Assembly: GCA_010671865.1 (NCBI GenBank)
Contig: GCA_010671865.1_4083.1
Source: a phage
Length of the DNA stretch: 64,000 nt
Direction: 5' to 3' (one strand)
Shown: positions 1 through 10,437 of the stretch, piece after piece
Position numbering within the stretch: the first letter of the stretch is position 1
How the letters are laid out: each line of letters begins with the position of its first letter
Notes under the pieces: model-generated
Told to the model about the DNA's origin: nothing
The model's database searches: none
The model's input: only the letters and a program-made list of their open reading frames with translations
Translations under genes and position numbers: made by a program

Positions 1-305
1 ACTGTCTGGTGGTGACCAACCCAAAAGATAGCTTTTGAGTTAATGTTATTACAACCCCATCCTTTCCCCATCTTTTGGTGAATAGCAAATACACAGGAAT
101 CATACAAATTAATGCTCAGACGTTCTTCGTCTGCATGGATAGTTACACCATCAATAGATAGTGTATATTTGAAATCCATAGCCCCCTCACTTCGTGCACG
201 AGAACTAAAGACCAGATATCGATGAATTATGGTATTGATTTTATCTGTCCATCCATCAACACATTTGGATGCACATAATGTAAAAAGATCATGATTGTAG
301 TTCAT
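1..305 (-). CDS. hypothetical protein (5' part only; gene runs off window start)
   Basis: minus-strand ATG near 305, frame open to position 1; co-directional with downstream array; hand-read, approximate. Confidence 0.4.
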   Translation of the reverse strand, partial: MNYNHDLFTLCASKCVDGWTDKINTIIHRYLVFSSRARSEGAMDFKYTLSIDGVTIHADEERLSINLYDSCVFAIHQKMGKGWGCNNINSKAIFWVGHHQT

Positions 306-366
306 AAAATTCTCCTTTAGGACAATGTATCATACAAAAATACCAGAGTCAACCCCTGGTACGAAT

Positions 367-948
367 TTAATCCATCATAAGTGGGATAATTGCCCATATC
401 TTTTTCATAATCATATCTTCAGTAAAAACAAATGTTTTAGGAGCAGTATATGATATTGACACACCAAATGGAAGTTTGATTGCATCATCAATTATATTAT
501 GAATATCAAACCATGTTTTAACATAATCATACGGTGGAAGTTCATGAATTGTACTTAACTGAAAGTAATTCTCTTCACCAAAATCACTATATTCAATTTC
601 ACAAATTTTAGTGAATTGATGATTCCATTTAGATATAATACTATTTTTATTATTGTACATAGTAGTTCTATGCATAAAACCATTTTTGCTAGTATGATTT
701 GATATTACGTTTTCTTCAATGTCAGTATCTATTTTAAAATTCATATCAAAGTTGTAGTACGGACTTGACGATTCTTTGAATTTTAAATGTAAATTGCGAT
801 TGTTATTAATTTCAATTTCAATACAAAACACATCTGAATCAAAACGATTAAACTTGTAATCGTTATCTTCCGGTAGATTCTGTATTTTTTTCATAATACT
901 AAGCATAGGGTGTACTACACTTTTAATAAAATCATTTGTTATTTTCAT
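367..948 (-). CDS. hypothetical protein, FQ-motif superfamily
   Basis: 193-aa ORF; motif ENYFQLSTIHE. Confidence 0.6.
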   Translation of the reverse strand: MKITNDFIKSVVHPMLSIMKKIQNLPEDNDYKFNRFDSDVFCIEIEINNNRNLHLKFKESSSPYYNFDMNFKIDTDIEENVISNHTSKNGFMHRTTMYNNKNSIISKWNHQFTKICEIEYSDFGEENYFQLSTIHELPPYDYVKTWFDIHNIIDDAIKLPFGVSISYTAPKTFVFTEDMIMKKIWAIIPLMMD

Positions 949-1441
949 AGTATTCCTTTAGAACTTTATATGATTCAACAATACTATCTTGTGTATAATT
1001 TGAACTATATACAACAGCACTTGTTTTAGTTGACCATAGATATGACATAAAGGTTATAACACTACTACATGGACTTAATGTATTGTTTTGAAATTCAATT
1101 TCTTCAATGTTATCAGTACTGGTATAGATGAATTGGAAAGTACCCATTGATTTATTGGACAGCGATACTATAGTAGAATCCGTACCAGGACTATACATGA
1201 ATGTCTCATTACTAATTGAACTATCATTAGTATATGATGGTTTGGGAATATAAATCAAACGCATGATATCGCGTTCAAGACCTGACTTATTACTTTCCAC
1301 CAAAGAAATCATATCTATATTTGATATATGTTCAACACTGACATGGAACTTTTTGTCGAGAATCACATCTCCATGAGAATTTTTATATGAAGACAAAATC
1401 TCATACATCTCAACTAATTCGCGTGCATTTAATAAACTCAT
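932..1441 (-). CDS. hypothetical protein (MSL-type N-terminus)
   Basis: 169-aa ORF; N-term MSLLNARELVEMYEIL resembles MSLQSALEKAK subfamily; motif degenerate. Confidence 0.55.
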   Translation of the reverse strand: MSLLNARELVEMYEILSSYKNSHGDVILDKKFHVSVEHISNIDMISLVESNKSGLERDIMRLIYIPKPSYTNDSSISNETFMYSPGTDSTIVSLSNKSMGTFQFIYTSTDNIEEIEFQNNTLSPCSSVITFMSYLWSTKTSAVVYSSNYTQDSIVESYKVLKEYYENNK

Positions 1442-1866
1442 GTTTTGTCTCTTAATGAAAGAATATCCTTAGTATAAACTGAAACAGAAATATGATTATA
1501 TTTCATCATTAATTTATACACATAAGAAGCTAGTACTAAATCGTAAATTAATTTAGTATTATACAGTACTTGGTATTGTAACGCAAGTGAATCAATATCA
1601 TCTTTACTTTCAATATCCAGAAATGTACCGAAAAATGTAGTACCGTAGAGATGAAAAGTGGAATTAATGCAATCAATGCATTCATTGTCCAATAGAGTAG
1701 ATGCTGATGCCCTCGGTGAATCCCAAATAGTCACTGCGTGTATGCCCTCAACGAACAAATCTATCCATATTTTGTGTCGTTGTCTTTTTTTTGTTTTATA
1801 ATTTTCTGGATTTGAAAGTGTAGTTTCAATTATATCCCATATGTACAAACAATCATCTCTTGTCAT
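1438..1866 (-). CDS. hypothetical protein
   Basis: 142-aa ORF, 4-nt overlap with neighbours; degenerate motif LALQYQVLYN. Confidence 0.5.
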   Translation of the reverse strand: MTRDDCLYIWDIIETTLSNPENYKTKKRQRHKIWIDLFVEGIHAVTIWDSPRASASTLLDNECIDCINSTFHLYGTTFFGTFLDIESKDDIDSLALQYQVLYNTKLIYDLVLASYVYKLMMKYNHISVSVYTKDILSLRDKT

Positions 1867-2444
1867 TGTAGCACCTTATCCATTGCTGCATTTAATGCGT
1901 TTAAACGATCAACATTCAAAGTATTGAAGATGTACGTTCCTAAAATGTGGAAATCGAATTGGTTCTTTTTGTATGTATGATAAATTAAACTACAAAAAAC
2001 AACAGTACTAAGAACCTCTTCAGGTATAACAGTGCTCATCTGGAACAGTTCTTCTTCAACTGTACTTGAATCTGGATTGATAGCTTTTAACACATACTCT
2101 TCATCACCGAATAGTACTTTAATATTATATAAAACACCAATAGTACTAATATGGAATGGGTGATGTGAAAAACTTCCATCATCCTTAATTTGTATATCGG
2201 TTCTAATCTCACACTCTTCATTACTTTTACTTTTATTTTTTACAATACAAATATTTCTGGCCCCAGAAATAGTAAGAATACCGTGGTCGTAATATTCATT
2301 TGACCAACATTTGGATGAAATTGATACATCACGGATGAGATATTGTTTTTCAATTTCTTTCGCACTACCAACAATTGATAGCATTTTTTTACTGATATCA
2401 TATAATAACTGATGGCGTTCTGTCATATAACTATAAGCGTTCAT
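1863..2444 (-). CDS. hypothetical protein, FQ-motif superfamily
   Basis: 193-aa ORF; motif EEELFQMSTVIP. Confidence 0.6.
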   Translation of the reverse strand: MNAYSYMTERHQLLYDISKKMLSIVGSAKEIEKQYLIRDVSISSKCWSNEYYDHGILTISGARNICIVKNKSKSNEECEIRTDIQIKDDGSFSHHPFHISTIGVLYNIKVLFGDEEYVLKAINPDSSTVEEELFQMSTVIPEEVLSTVVFCSLIYHTYKKNQFDFHILGTYIFNTLNVDRLNALNAAMDKVLQ

Positions 2445-3015
2445 ATTTTTCCTTAACAGATTCTATATTTTGAAGTAGTGTATTCAGAACATCAGTCTTG
2501 CAATTGATAAAATCATTGTACATAACTAGTTCACCACAATCAAGAATTTTTGCAGTATCGTAACAAAGCATTAAGTACTCGAATTCTTTGTAATTGTCCA
2601 ACAAGGATTTCTGGAAAATGAATGCATCTCGAATATCTTCACTTTGGTCTAATTCTGGTGGAACATCCAACCCAATAAAACCATCATCTTCACTGAAATT
2701 AGATTCTACAATTTTATTCATTTTTTCATGTAATGCATTCGCAAATACCATATTATAAGAAATAGAACCAATACGTTCACGATTTCTGGATGTGCGAATG
2801 TACATAGTAATCGTATCCCATGAACTTTTAATTTTTTTAGAAAATTCATAAGTTTTATATACATCCAACTGAACTGAACCAAAACGATGTTTGGATTTGT
2901 TTTCAATTTTCAGTCGATAATTATCAAATTCAACAATTTCTGTAATGTCATGAATCTCTGAAAGTTCTGCAATGTCATGCATGAGTCTCAAAATTTTAGT
3001 TCTGATATGGTTCAT
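2431..3015 (-). CDS. hypothetical protein, FQ-motif superfamily
   Basis: 194-aa ORF; motif DAFIFQKSLLD. Confidence 0.6.
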   Translation of the reverse strand: MNHIRTKILRLMHDIAELSEIHDITEIVEFDNYRLKIENKSKHRFGSVQLDVYKTYEFSKKIKSSWDTITMYIRTSRNRERIGSISYNMVFANALHEKMNKIVESNFSEDDGFIGLDVPPELDQSEDIRDAFIFQKSLLDNYKEFEYLMLCYDTAKILDCGELVMYNDFINCKTDVLNTLLQNIESVKEKYERL

Positions 3016-3590
3016 TGTGCATCCTCGAATTTAACAGGTACATGTTCATTAATGAAATTCTTAAGAGCCTGTACTAAATCCTCTAATTCTTTTGTACTGT
3101 ATTTTAAAATAGTTTTAAAGTGAATCAAATCTTTTCTTTCCATGATCTTTGGAATTTTATATGCTAACTCTAAACAGCGTACAGTACTGGCATCATACAA
3201 AAGGTTTGCGTTGAACATTAGAACATTGTATTCATCAGATGAAATTTTATAATTATATGTATCAATCACTTCATGTGTGTATAAATTCTTATACACAATT
3301 TTATTCTCACTGAAGTTTGAGCAAACACACAGATGATCGTTGTAAAATGAAGAACGATAATCTTGTTTACGTTGTACATCTGATATGATTTGTAATACTG
3401 TATATTTTTCTTCAGAATCCAACTCAATGTTAGCATAACTGCTTGCAGTTTCGGATGCAAGGATATTGATGTTATATTTCTCATTGACTTTAATGTACTG
3501 GCGGGAACCAGTATCAGGAATGAACTTAAAACAATGCTTCAGAAGTAATGTGACTTCTTTAATTAATTCAGTACTCATAGATTCCTCCAA
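3012..3590 (-). CDS. hypothetical protein
   Basis: 192-aa ORF in array; no clear family motif. Confidence 0.5.
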   Translation of the reverse strand: MEESMSTELIKEVTLLLKHCFKFIPDTGSRQYIKVNEKYNINILASETASSYANIELDSEEKYTVLQIISDVQRKQDYRSSFYNDHLCVCSNFSENKIVYKNLYTHEVIDTYNYKISSDEYNVLMFNANLLYDASTVRCLELAYKIPKIMERKDLIHFKTILKYSTKELEDLVQALKNFINEHVPVKFEDAQ

Positions 3591-3634
3591 CTCTATTTAA
3601 AATCAAGTATAACACACCTGAATGCTCTTGTAAA

Positions 3635-3667
3635 GCCATAAACACAAAAAGACCCATACGGGTCTTT
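3635..3667 (-). terminator. intrinsic terminator-like hairpin
   Basis: AAAGACCC-gtat-GGGTCTTT stem-loop overlapping stop of 3666..4232, followed on minus strand by U-rich run; approximate. Confidence 0.45.
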
Positions 3668-4232
3668 ATTTTGGTAAAACACTGTCAATGTACGCTAGAA
3701 CCTCATCTCGAAGGTACGTTCCATCTATAGTTAGGTAATAGTTCATGGGAATATCACTCCCAACCTTCTCATAAATTTTCATACATGATATCACATCTTC
3801 ATCACAAATGGTACTCAATTGAAAAAGAACTTCATCGGTTAACGGTACGATATCATGTTTAGATAGGGGATTTGTATTTTCATTCAACACAATATTAATC
3901 AAGTTAGGAGTATTCTTTGACGAAATATAACGATGCTTACTACGAATTACCATTCTCGATAGTGAAATACTGGAACTCCATCTTGGATCAACATCTTCAT
4001 ATGATAACGATATTAACATCTCGTGAAAATCTTGAAATTTCATTGACGCATAATATGTTTTATCCTCACCGTACATACCAAATGATTTAAATTCAATATC
4101 CCCTACTTTGTATGTATCGACATCATTATTTGAGAACTTTATTAAACTATTAATTAGTCTAATTAGAATATCATCTTTATCCATTCTTAAATAACTCCAA
4201 GTGCATGTCGTATAAATCTCTGAAGTCTTCAT
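3666..4232 (-). CDS. hypothetical protein, FQ-motif superfamily
   Basis: 188-aa ORF; motif EVLFQLSTICD; probable true start at internal Met near 4184 (GGAG RBS). Confidence 0.55.
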   Translation of the reverse strand: MKTSEIYTTCTWSYLRMDKDDILIRLINSLIKFSNNDVDTYKVGDIEFKSFGMYGEDKTYYASMKFQDFHEMLISLSYEDVDPRWSSSISLSRMVIRSKHRYISSKNTPNLINIVLNENTNPLSKHDIVPLTDEVLFQLSTICDEDVISCMKIYEKVGSDIPMNYYLTIDGTYLRDEVLAYIDSVLPK

Positions 4233-4740
4233 AGAAATCTTTTTCTTCCAGAATATCCTTTAAACTAGGAAACACTGCCATAATTTCTTCTATATCCGAT
4301 TCTATGAAAAACCCTGATGGATTATCGTAGTTTTGTAACAGATAACTGAAAGTAATAATGTAAAGAAGTTCATTAGGATTGTGAATTAAACTTAGCTGGA
4401 ACATAGCTGATTCTAAATCTGATTCAGTACTAAGATCAACCCAACGTGAATTTCTATAATCAATTCGCACTTGACTTGTATTTGGATTCCATGTGAAGCA
4501 ATGTGTACCAATATGACCTATACAACCAACCCTTGTACTGTCTCCGGTATCAACACTGATATCAACAAATAGTTCAATACCGATATCGGTTGATGTTACA
4601 CGACCTTTTTTCAGAAATAAATCATTATCCTTACGAAATTGTTTGGATGAAAGAGTGTCAATGATGCACATCAATGTTTTTGCAAATGCAACACAATGAC
4701 GAAATTCAAGCCTATGAAATTGGTAATCATTGATATTCAT
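4177..4740 (-). CDS. hypothetical protein, FQ-motif superfamily
   Basis: 187-aa ORF; motif ESAMFQLSLIHNP. Confidence 0.6.
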   Translation of the reverse strand: MNINDYQFHRLEFRHCVAFAKTLMCIIDTLSSKQFRKDNDLFLKKGRVTSTDIGIELFVDISVDTGDSTRVGCIGHIGTHCFTWNPNTSQVRIDYRNSRWVDLSTESDLESAMFQLSLIHNPNELLYIITFSYLLQNYDNPSGFFIESDIEEIMAVFPSLKDILEEKDFYEDFRDLYDMHLELFKNG

Positions 4741-5279
4741 AATTCAACCCTCAATATTTTATCAGCAATTGATATAACCTTATCATTGAATACATTACCA
4801 ATCTCAATCCTTATATACATAGCAGGTGGAATCTTTCCTTGTAGTGAATAATATGTTTGTATACCTAAGTACTCATTATCTGATAATGAAAATTTGATTC
4901 TCTCCATATCAATGTCTGTTACTGGTAAATCTATCATTTCATAATGGTAGTCAACGTTTTCAGTGTATATTTTATCGAAGTAATTTGAATAATCACTACT
5001 AATGTAGATGCTATCATCACGAATAATTACTTTATAATCAGAAGGTTCAAATTTATCTTTACAGGAAAAGAATGCATCATCTATTTTCTCTTCTCTTATA
5101 CCGAATAACATTTTACCATCATATTTTACATCAAGAATACTACCTAGTATATTAATGGTACAATGCTCATCAATATTATGATGTAATGAACGTTTTTTGT
5201 ATTTTGGGTTAATGAAAATTTTCATTAATTTTATACAAATGTCAGTAATGCATTTTACATTCTCATTTTCTATGTACAT
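4737..5279 (-). CDS. hypothetical protein
   Basis: 180-aa ORF, ATGA-type overlap with neighbours; no clear motif. Confidence 0.5.
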   Translation of the reverse strand: MYIENENVKCITDICIKLMKIFINPKYKKRSLHHNIDEHCTINILGSILDVKYDGKMLFGIREEKIDDAFFSCKDKFEPSDYKVIIRDDSIYISSDYSNYFDKIYTENVDYHYEMIDLPVTDIDMERIKFSLSDNEYLGIQTYYSLQGKIPPAMYIRIEIGNVFNDKVISIADKILRVEL

Positions 5280-5766
5280 TAAAAGCCCTCTTTAATTCTT
5301 TTACATTTTTAATGAATACTTTCATTGCAGAAATCTCAAAAGATAATGTATTAAATTTGCAGTACTTTTTAAAGTACGACATAATATATAACATTTTGAG
5401 TTCTTTTTCTGTATAAATTAAACTGTTTTGAAAGTAACTTTCTTCGGAAATGTCCGTAAGAAAAGAATAAAATGTATTTTGCTTGTGCACAATTTTAATA
5501 CTATCAGACCAAGATTTGTATGAAACGTAATCAGTACGTGCAAAATCATATAGTGAATTAGATGTATCTGTGTATGTTTCCGAGAACACAATCTTATATA
5601 TCTTATCTTGAATTCGAGAACATATGTACCTATGGTCATCTGTCTCACTGATTGCAATGTATCTATGGAGTAAATCTTTATGAGCATTGATGAACTCAAA
5701 CACTTCTAAACACTCCTTAGCGAACTTCATAGTTTCTCTGTACTTTCGGTTCATTAGTCTCTCCAA
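5263..5766 (-). CDS. hypothetical protein, FQ-motif superfamily
   Basis: 167-aa ORF; motif EESYFQNSLIYT. Confidence 0.6.
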   Translation of the reverse strand: MERLMNRKYRETMKFAKECLEVFEFINAHKDLLHRYIAISETDDHRYICSRIQDKIYKIVFSETYTDTSNSLYDFARTDYVSYKSWSDSIKIVHKQNTFYSFLTDISEESYFQNSLIYTEKELKMLYIMSYFKKYCKFNTLSFEISAMKVFIKNVKELKRAFNVHRK

Positions 5767-6167
5767 ACTTTACCAGGGAAGTGTTTCTCGTAGTACTCAT
5801 CATCACTTAACATATAATCAGGAGTTTCTACTTCTATGGTTTTGAAGATTGTTTCTGGAATGTGTGTGACTTTATTGGGTTGTACTTTATGTTCGCGTAA
5901 AACCTTCTGTATCGCTCCTAGACGTTGTAAATCGATACATGTAGGAAAGACTAAGCTGTACTGAAATAACTCATCAGGGGTCATTATAGACACATCTTTA
6001 GCTTGTTTGATTTGATAATTAGTACTAATGAATATATCAAATCCTTGTACAGCATTATAGCTTACATAGGTTGTTTTATTTTTGTCAATAGGAGCACTTA
6101 AACGATATCCATATATCCCGTGTTGGTCAACAAGACAGCGTTGCATAATTTTAATCATTTCTAACAT
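5754..6167 (-). CDS. hypothetical protein, FQ-motif superfamily
   Basis: 137-aa ORF; motif DELFQYSLVFP. Confidence 0.6.
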   Translation of the reverse strand: MLEMIKIMQRCLVDQHGIYGYRLSAPIDKNKTTYVSYNAVQGFDIFISTNYQIKQAKDVSIMTPDELFQYSLVFPTCIDLQRLGAIQKVLREHKVQPNKVTHIPETIFKTIEVETPDYMLSDDEYYEKHFPGKVWRD

Positions 6168-6513
6168 AATTTACCTCATATGTATTGTAACACCACGGTT
6201 TAACAATATCGATTTGTATATCATTTGCTTCATGAAAATGTTTAAGTACCTTCTGGTATTCCATTATTTCGTACACATCTTCAGTACTTATAGTGCTCTC
6301 CTGAAATAATTCCTCTTCTGATAAAGTACTATAATCAGGGATTTTTATTTCTGAATATATATCATTTATCTTTCCATTATATTGATAAATCTGGATATAA
6401 AATTGATTGTATTCTGGAATATAGGTTACATAATGGTTGTGGTTGATTACATATCTTGAAACAAAGTATTCAGTACCATCAGTCATGTACTGAATTGTTG
6501 TCGTATTTTGCAT
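6151..6513 (-). CDS. hypothetical protein, FQ-motif superfamily
   Basis: 120-aa ORF; motif EEELFQESTIST. Confidence 0.6.
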   Translation of the reverse strand: MQNTTTIQYMTDGTEYFVSRYVINHNHYVTYIPEYNQFYIQIYQYNGKINDIYSEIKIPDYSTLSEEELFQESTISTEDVYEIMEYQKVLKHFHEANDIQIDIVKPWCYNTYEVNYVRND

Positions 6514-6973
6514 TCAAATAATCCACGCATTTATAGTATACTGCTAAATCTAAAAAGAATCGTTGTTTGTATTTGTAATGATGAAGTAGTGCACCATAAA
6601 ATAACATAGCATTAAGTACTTTTGTATCATTAATCAATGATTTCTGAAAGTACATTTCCTCTGACATGAATACTAAATCATTATATGGAACTTGTACTGC
6701 TTCTCTAAATGTATCAATATTAATCTTCAAATCAGACCCAGGGCAATATGAAATGTATTCTGCTTTGTAATGAAAGTCATTATCATCAAAGTACTCCGCG
6801 TAGATTTGATTACCTCTACCATTAGTAAATGCTAGTCTTCCTTTAGATGAACTGAACTCATCGTATTGAAACATACCACCAAAAGGTTTAGGACTTCTGA
6901 ACTCCTTTGCAATGCGATAGATATTTTCTGCAAATTCTAAAACACCATCGTAATCATATTCTGTAGTAATCAT
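6479..6973 (-). CDS. hypothetical protein, FQ-motif superfamily
   Basis: 164-aa ORF; motif EEMYFQKSLIND. Confidence 0.6.
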   Translation of the reverse strand: MITTEYDYDGVLEFAENIYRIAKEFRSPKPFGGMFQYDEFSSSKGRLAFTNGRGNQIYAEYFDDNDFHYKAEYISYCPGSDLKINIDTFREAVQVPYNDLVFMSEEMYFQKSLINDTKVLNAMLFYGALLHHYKYKQRFFLDLAVYYKCVDYLNAKYDNNSVHD

Positions 6974-7446
6974 AAACCATTTTTCTCCAGGTACTCAATA
7001 ATACAATCGACATTGTTCAGGTCCAAGTAGAAATGATCACTATCGGAATTTAGTTCATTTTTAAGGGCTGTTAAAATCACTGAACTGAAAACAATCCTCT
7101 CTGGATACACAGTACTGTACTGGAAGAACTCTTCTTCAGTGTTAATTACAATCGTATCAAATGCTTCATTTATAAGAAGATGATTGTAGTATTTGAAATT
7201 ATCTGAACTTGGGAAATGGTATGAAATAAAATCACCACTTGGTACTTCATCAAGCACTCTAATACTACAAGTTGATTCATCTGAGCTATAGAGTAACCCA
7301 TCCATAAAGGAAAGATATCCATTTCGTTTAATAACTTTATTTTTATCAATTAAAAAATCTTCAGTAACATTCGCAAGGAATTTATAAACCCTGATAATGT
7401 CTTTTGCTATTTTTTGTGCATTGCTAAATGATAGGTCTTTGGACAT
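6970..7446 (-). CDS. hypothetical protein, FQ-motif superfamily
   Basis: 158-aa ORF; motif EEEFFQYSTVYP; N-term MSKDLSFSNAQKIAKDIIRVYKF. Confidence 0.6.
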   Translation of the reverse strand: MSKDLSFSNAQKIAKDIIRVYKFLANVTEDFLIDKNKVIKRNGYLSFMDGLLYSSDESTCSIRVLDEVPSGDFISYHFPSSDNFKYYNHLLINEAFDTIVINTEEEFFQYSTVYPERIVFSSVILTALKNELNSDSDHFYLDLNNVDCIIEYLEKNGL

Positions 7447-7505
7447 TGTGTTATAACCCTTTACAATTAATATAAAGGGATTATATCACAAAAAATCGGT
7501 GGGTG

Positions 7506-8090
7506 TCAAGAGTGGTTGCGAAGTTCTACCATTTCTTCCCAAACTAATTGGTAATCTTCTAAGTCCAGATAGAAGTCTTCATTCCAGTGCTCATGAAAGT
7601 ACTTATACATGAATAGAACTCCTAAATCGTATGCAGGAAACAATAATGATAGTTGAAAGTAGTATTCCTGATTTAAAACTATATCAATAAACTCTAATGT
7701 ACGTATGCCACCTTTCGATGAACGTATCTCAATGTGTGAGGTATCCTTCATACTGTAACACATGAAACCACCTCTAAATTCTGGATCATATTCACATTCG
7801 AACTGCTCACTGTTGTTATAGAAATCTCTCCCACTTTCTTGATCTTTCGGTCTACGTACTGATACATGAATATTTTTATCACGGTACATTGAACGATTTA
7901 GTATTTTCAAACATTTGAACTTATCTTCTTTAATGAACTTGATAATATCAATTATATCTTGTGCTGTACTGATAGCTGATTCGAATGTATCCAACTTAAG
8001 ATGATTATATTGGGTTCCAGAGTTCATTTTTTTATCTAACATATAAACCTCATAATTCATACATTTTTGATTTGAACTGCATATGACCAC
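7506..8090 (-). CDS. hypothetical protein, FQ-motif superfamily
   Basis: 194-aa ORF; motif QEYYFQLSLLFP; likely true start at internal Met near 8042. Confidence 0.55.
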   Translation of the reverse strand: MVICSSNQKCMNYEVYMLDKKMNSGTQYNHLKLDTFESAISTAQDIIDIIKFIKEDKFKCLKILNRSMYRDKNIHVSVRRPKDQESGRDFYNNSEQFECEYDPEFRGGFMCYSMKDTSHIEIRSSKGGIRTLEFIDIVLNQEYYFQLSLLFPAYDLGVLFMYKYFHEHWNEDFYLDLEDYQLVWEEMVELRNHS

Positions 8091-8391
8091 CTATTTCACA
8101 TGGATAACAATTCATAATTTTGTTCAATAGAATCTGGTATTTTTTAATAACTTCTATATCAATTTTTATATTACTATTAAAAACTAATGATTCTTGAAAT
8201 AATTCCCCCTCGTCAAGTGAAGTAAAATCATTTATCTTCAAGGGTATATTGTTGCATCGCAAGGAGAATGTATTTTCATCACGAATTAAAGTATAGAAAT
8301 CATTATGTTTTTTATTATAATCAAATTTAACAAGTAGTAGTTTAATATGAGTAGCGTACATTACTTTAACTAATTCAGATTCACGTCGCAT
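8050..8391 (-). CDS. hypothetical protein, FQ-motif superfamily
   Basis: 113-aa ORF; motif EGELFQESLVFN. Confidence 0.6.
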   Translation of the reverse strand: MRRESELVKVMYATHIKLLLVKFDYNKKHNDFYTLIRDENTFSLRCNNIPLKINDFTSLDEGELFQESLVFNSNIKIDIEVIKKYQILLNKIMNCYPCEIGGHMQFKSKMYEL

Positions 8392-8813
8392 ACAATACCT
8401 CTCTTATGATGCAAACATTCTTGCATAATGTGTTGTATTTTTCGTAACAGAAACACATCCAGTTCATTAAAAACAGTACTGTACTGGAACATCTCTTCTT
8501 CCCCGTACTCAGTTAAATCATCAATTTCATCTCTAGAAACAGCTACAATATTAAAACCACGTGTACTACAATAACCCTTAGTAAGATAATATATGTACTT
8601 GTACTCTCCGTTGATATCTAAGAGATCTTGTGTGATACAGAAGCTTTTGGGTGACAGTTTATCATCAGGAACCATATGCCTTGCTTGTACATAGCAACGG
8701 ATACCATCACCTATACTATATGTAATAACTTCAAATTCAATCTTCATAGGTGAATATAATCCTTTTATATTGCTCAGGTGCAGTACTGAAACGTTTGATT
8801 GGATAATTATCAA
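8370..8813 (-). CDS. hypothetical protein, FQ-motif superfamily
   Basis: 147-aa ORF; motif EEEMFQYSTVFN; likely true start near 8747. Confidence 0.55.
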   Translation of the reverse strand: MIIIQSNVSVLHLSNIKGLYSPMKIEFEVITYSIGDGIRCYVQARHMVPDDKLSPKSFCITQDLLDINGEYKYIYYLTKGYCSTRGFNIVAVSRDEIDDLTEYGEEEMFQYSTVFNELDVFLLRKIQHIMQECLHHKRGIVCDVNLN

Positions 8814-9099
8814 AGATTCTTTTCATTTCTTTCTGGATTAAACATAAGAAATCAAAGTTACAATCGTACTTATTATCCCATACTAAACTTTCTTGGAATA
8901 ACTCATCCTCTTGCATTAGTGTAGTGTCAATTACATCTTCACGGACATAGCTATATACTTCATAGCTCTTGAAGCCATCTTCTGATAATTCTAATTCATA
9001 TGCAGCCATATCAAACATATCATCATGGTTTGTCTTCAAAGATATTAAACAAGTAACTAATTTTTTAGTTGTATAGTATGTAATACTTAATGTGTTCAT
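8737..9099 (-). CDS. hypothetical protein, FQ-motif superfamily
   Basis: 120-aa ORF; motif EDELFQESLVWD. Confidence 0.6.
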   Translation of the reverse strand: MNTLSITYYTTKKLVTCLISLKTNHDDMFDMAAYELELSEDGFKSYEVYSYVREDVIDTTLMQEDELFQESLVWDNKYDCNFDFLCLIQKEMKRIFDNYPIKRFSTAPEQYKRIIFTYED

Positions 9100-9104
9100 T
9101 TGTT

Positions 9105-9641
9105 TTATACCTCAGTGTATAGCTTACAATAACTTTCATCGAAGTCACAAACACTTCTCAAGTACTGACACAGGTCATTGAAAATATTTACATTTGATAT
9201 ATATACATTATCAAATTCTGTTCGTTGAAAGAATGTATGCATAGAATTTGTAATATATCGCATTGCATCTTCACGTCCCATAGTTATATCATTTGTGAAC
9301 ATTGCATCTTCATCAGTACTGATGTGTTCTATTTTAAATGATTTCATAAATGGAATACTCTTTCCTAGGGCATAACCATCACCATATGATGCTTCTACTG
9401 CACCTTTGGAATAAAGGAATTGATATAAGTCCGAATCACGATTATAAAAAGTACGACATACGGAGGAACATAATTTATTATCTATATGAAATAAAAATCT
9501 TTTAGCATTTTTGTCTAATACTATTCGCAATGCATCACTCTCTAGAAATATATCACCATCAAGCATAAATGAGAACTGTACTAATGCTTTTTCTAAATCC
9601 GCTCGTTTGTGATAAATCATTTCCTGCATATATAATATCAT
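9105..9641 (-). CDS. hypothetical protein
   Basis: 178-aa ORF; degenerate motif DEDAMFTNDITM. Confidence 0.5.
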   Translation of the reverse strand: MILYMQEMIYHKRADLEKALVQFSFMLDGDIFLESDALRIVLDKNAKRFLFHIDNKLCSSVCRTFYNRDSDLYQFLYSKGAVEASYGDGYALGKSIPFMKSFKIEHISTDEDAMFTNDITMGREDAMRYITNSMHTFFQRTEFDNVYISNVNIFNDLCQYLRSVCDFDESYCKLYTEV

Positions 9642-9695
9642 TTGCTAATTTCTTAAAAAACAAATGCACATCTGCACTACAACATTTATTTGCAT

Positions 9696-10256
9696 TTATT
9701 GACATAATAGTTCCTTATACATATGATGTACTTTACAAATCTCATTATAGTATTTCATATCAATGTCATTTGTATTAAAAACGGAAACAGACAATACTGC
9801 TAACTTATCAATTAAGTAATTATTATCGGCGTACTGTTTTAACTTATTGAACATATAGATGCATTTTATGCTTAATTCATCATGCAACACACTGTTCTGA
9901 AAAATATTCTCTTCAGTATTAGGAGATAAGTAATCTTCAATTATATACGATAAACTACTATCGCAATCTTTATAGATTGAAATTGATGGATGTAATGTGT
10001 CATACATTACACTAAACAGAACACCGTCATATGTGGATATTAAACTATTATTGGAAACAGTAGGATGATAATATTTCAGTACTGAAAACTTTGAACAATC
10101 AGTGCAGTAAAAATGATCCATCCCTCGACGACTTTCGTATGAGAATAGTTTACTTGTATATTCAATCCCTTTGGTGCGACGGATTGTTTCATGCATTTCT
10201 GCACATTGCATTAAAATTACCATACGTTCAAACGCAATATCTAAATCATCGTACAT
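9696..10256 (-). CDS. hypothetical protein, FQ-motif superfamily
   Basis: 186-aa ORF; motif EENIFQNSVLHD. Confidence 0.6.
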   Translation of the reverse strand: MYDDLDIAFERMVILMQCAEMHETIRRTKGIEYTSKLFSYESRRGMDHFYCTDCSKFSVLKYYHPTVSNNSLISTYDGVLFSVMYDTLHPSISIYKDCDSSLSYIIEDYLSPNTEENIFQNSVLHDELSIKCIYMFNKLKQYADNNYLIDKLAVLSVSVFNTNDIDMKYYNEICKVHHMYKELLCQ

Positions 10257-10437
10257 AACGGATATCCTTCTTCAGCGAATTAATATATTCCAAAATAACT
10301 TGTTCCTGATATTGGGTTCCCAAGTACATCAGGACTTTCAACTCTTTGAATTCAGTACTATATGAGTCTGTTTGCATCATTCTAGTAGAATATATATTGA
10401 ATAGTTTAGCAATGTCATTTTGGTCTATTATTTTCAT
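10246..10437 (-). CDS. hypothetical small protein, family B (LGTNYQE-type)
   Basis: 63-aa ORF; motif LGTQYQEQV. Confidence 0.55.
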   Translation of the reverse strand: MKIIDQNDIAKLFNIYSTRMMQTDSYSTEFKELKVLMYLGTQYQEQVILEYINSLKKDIRYVR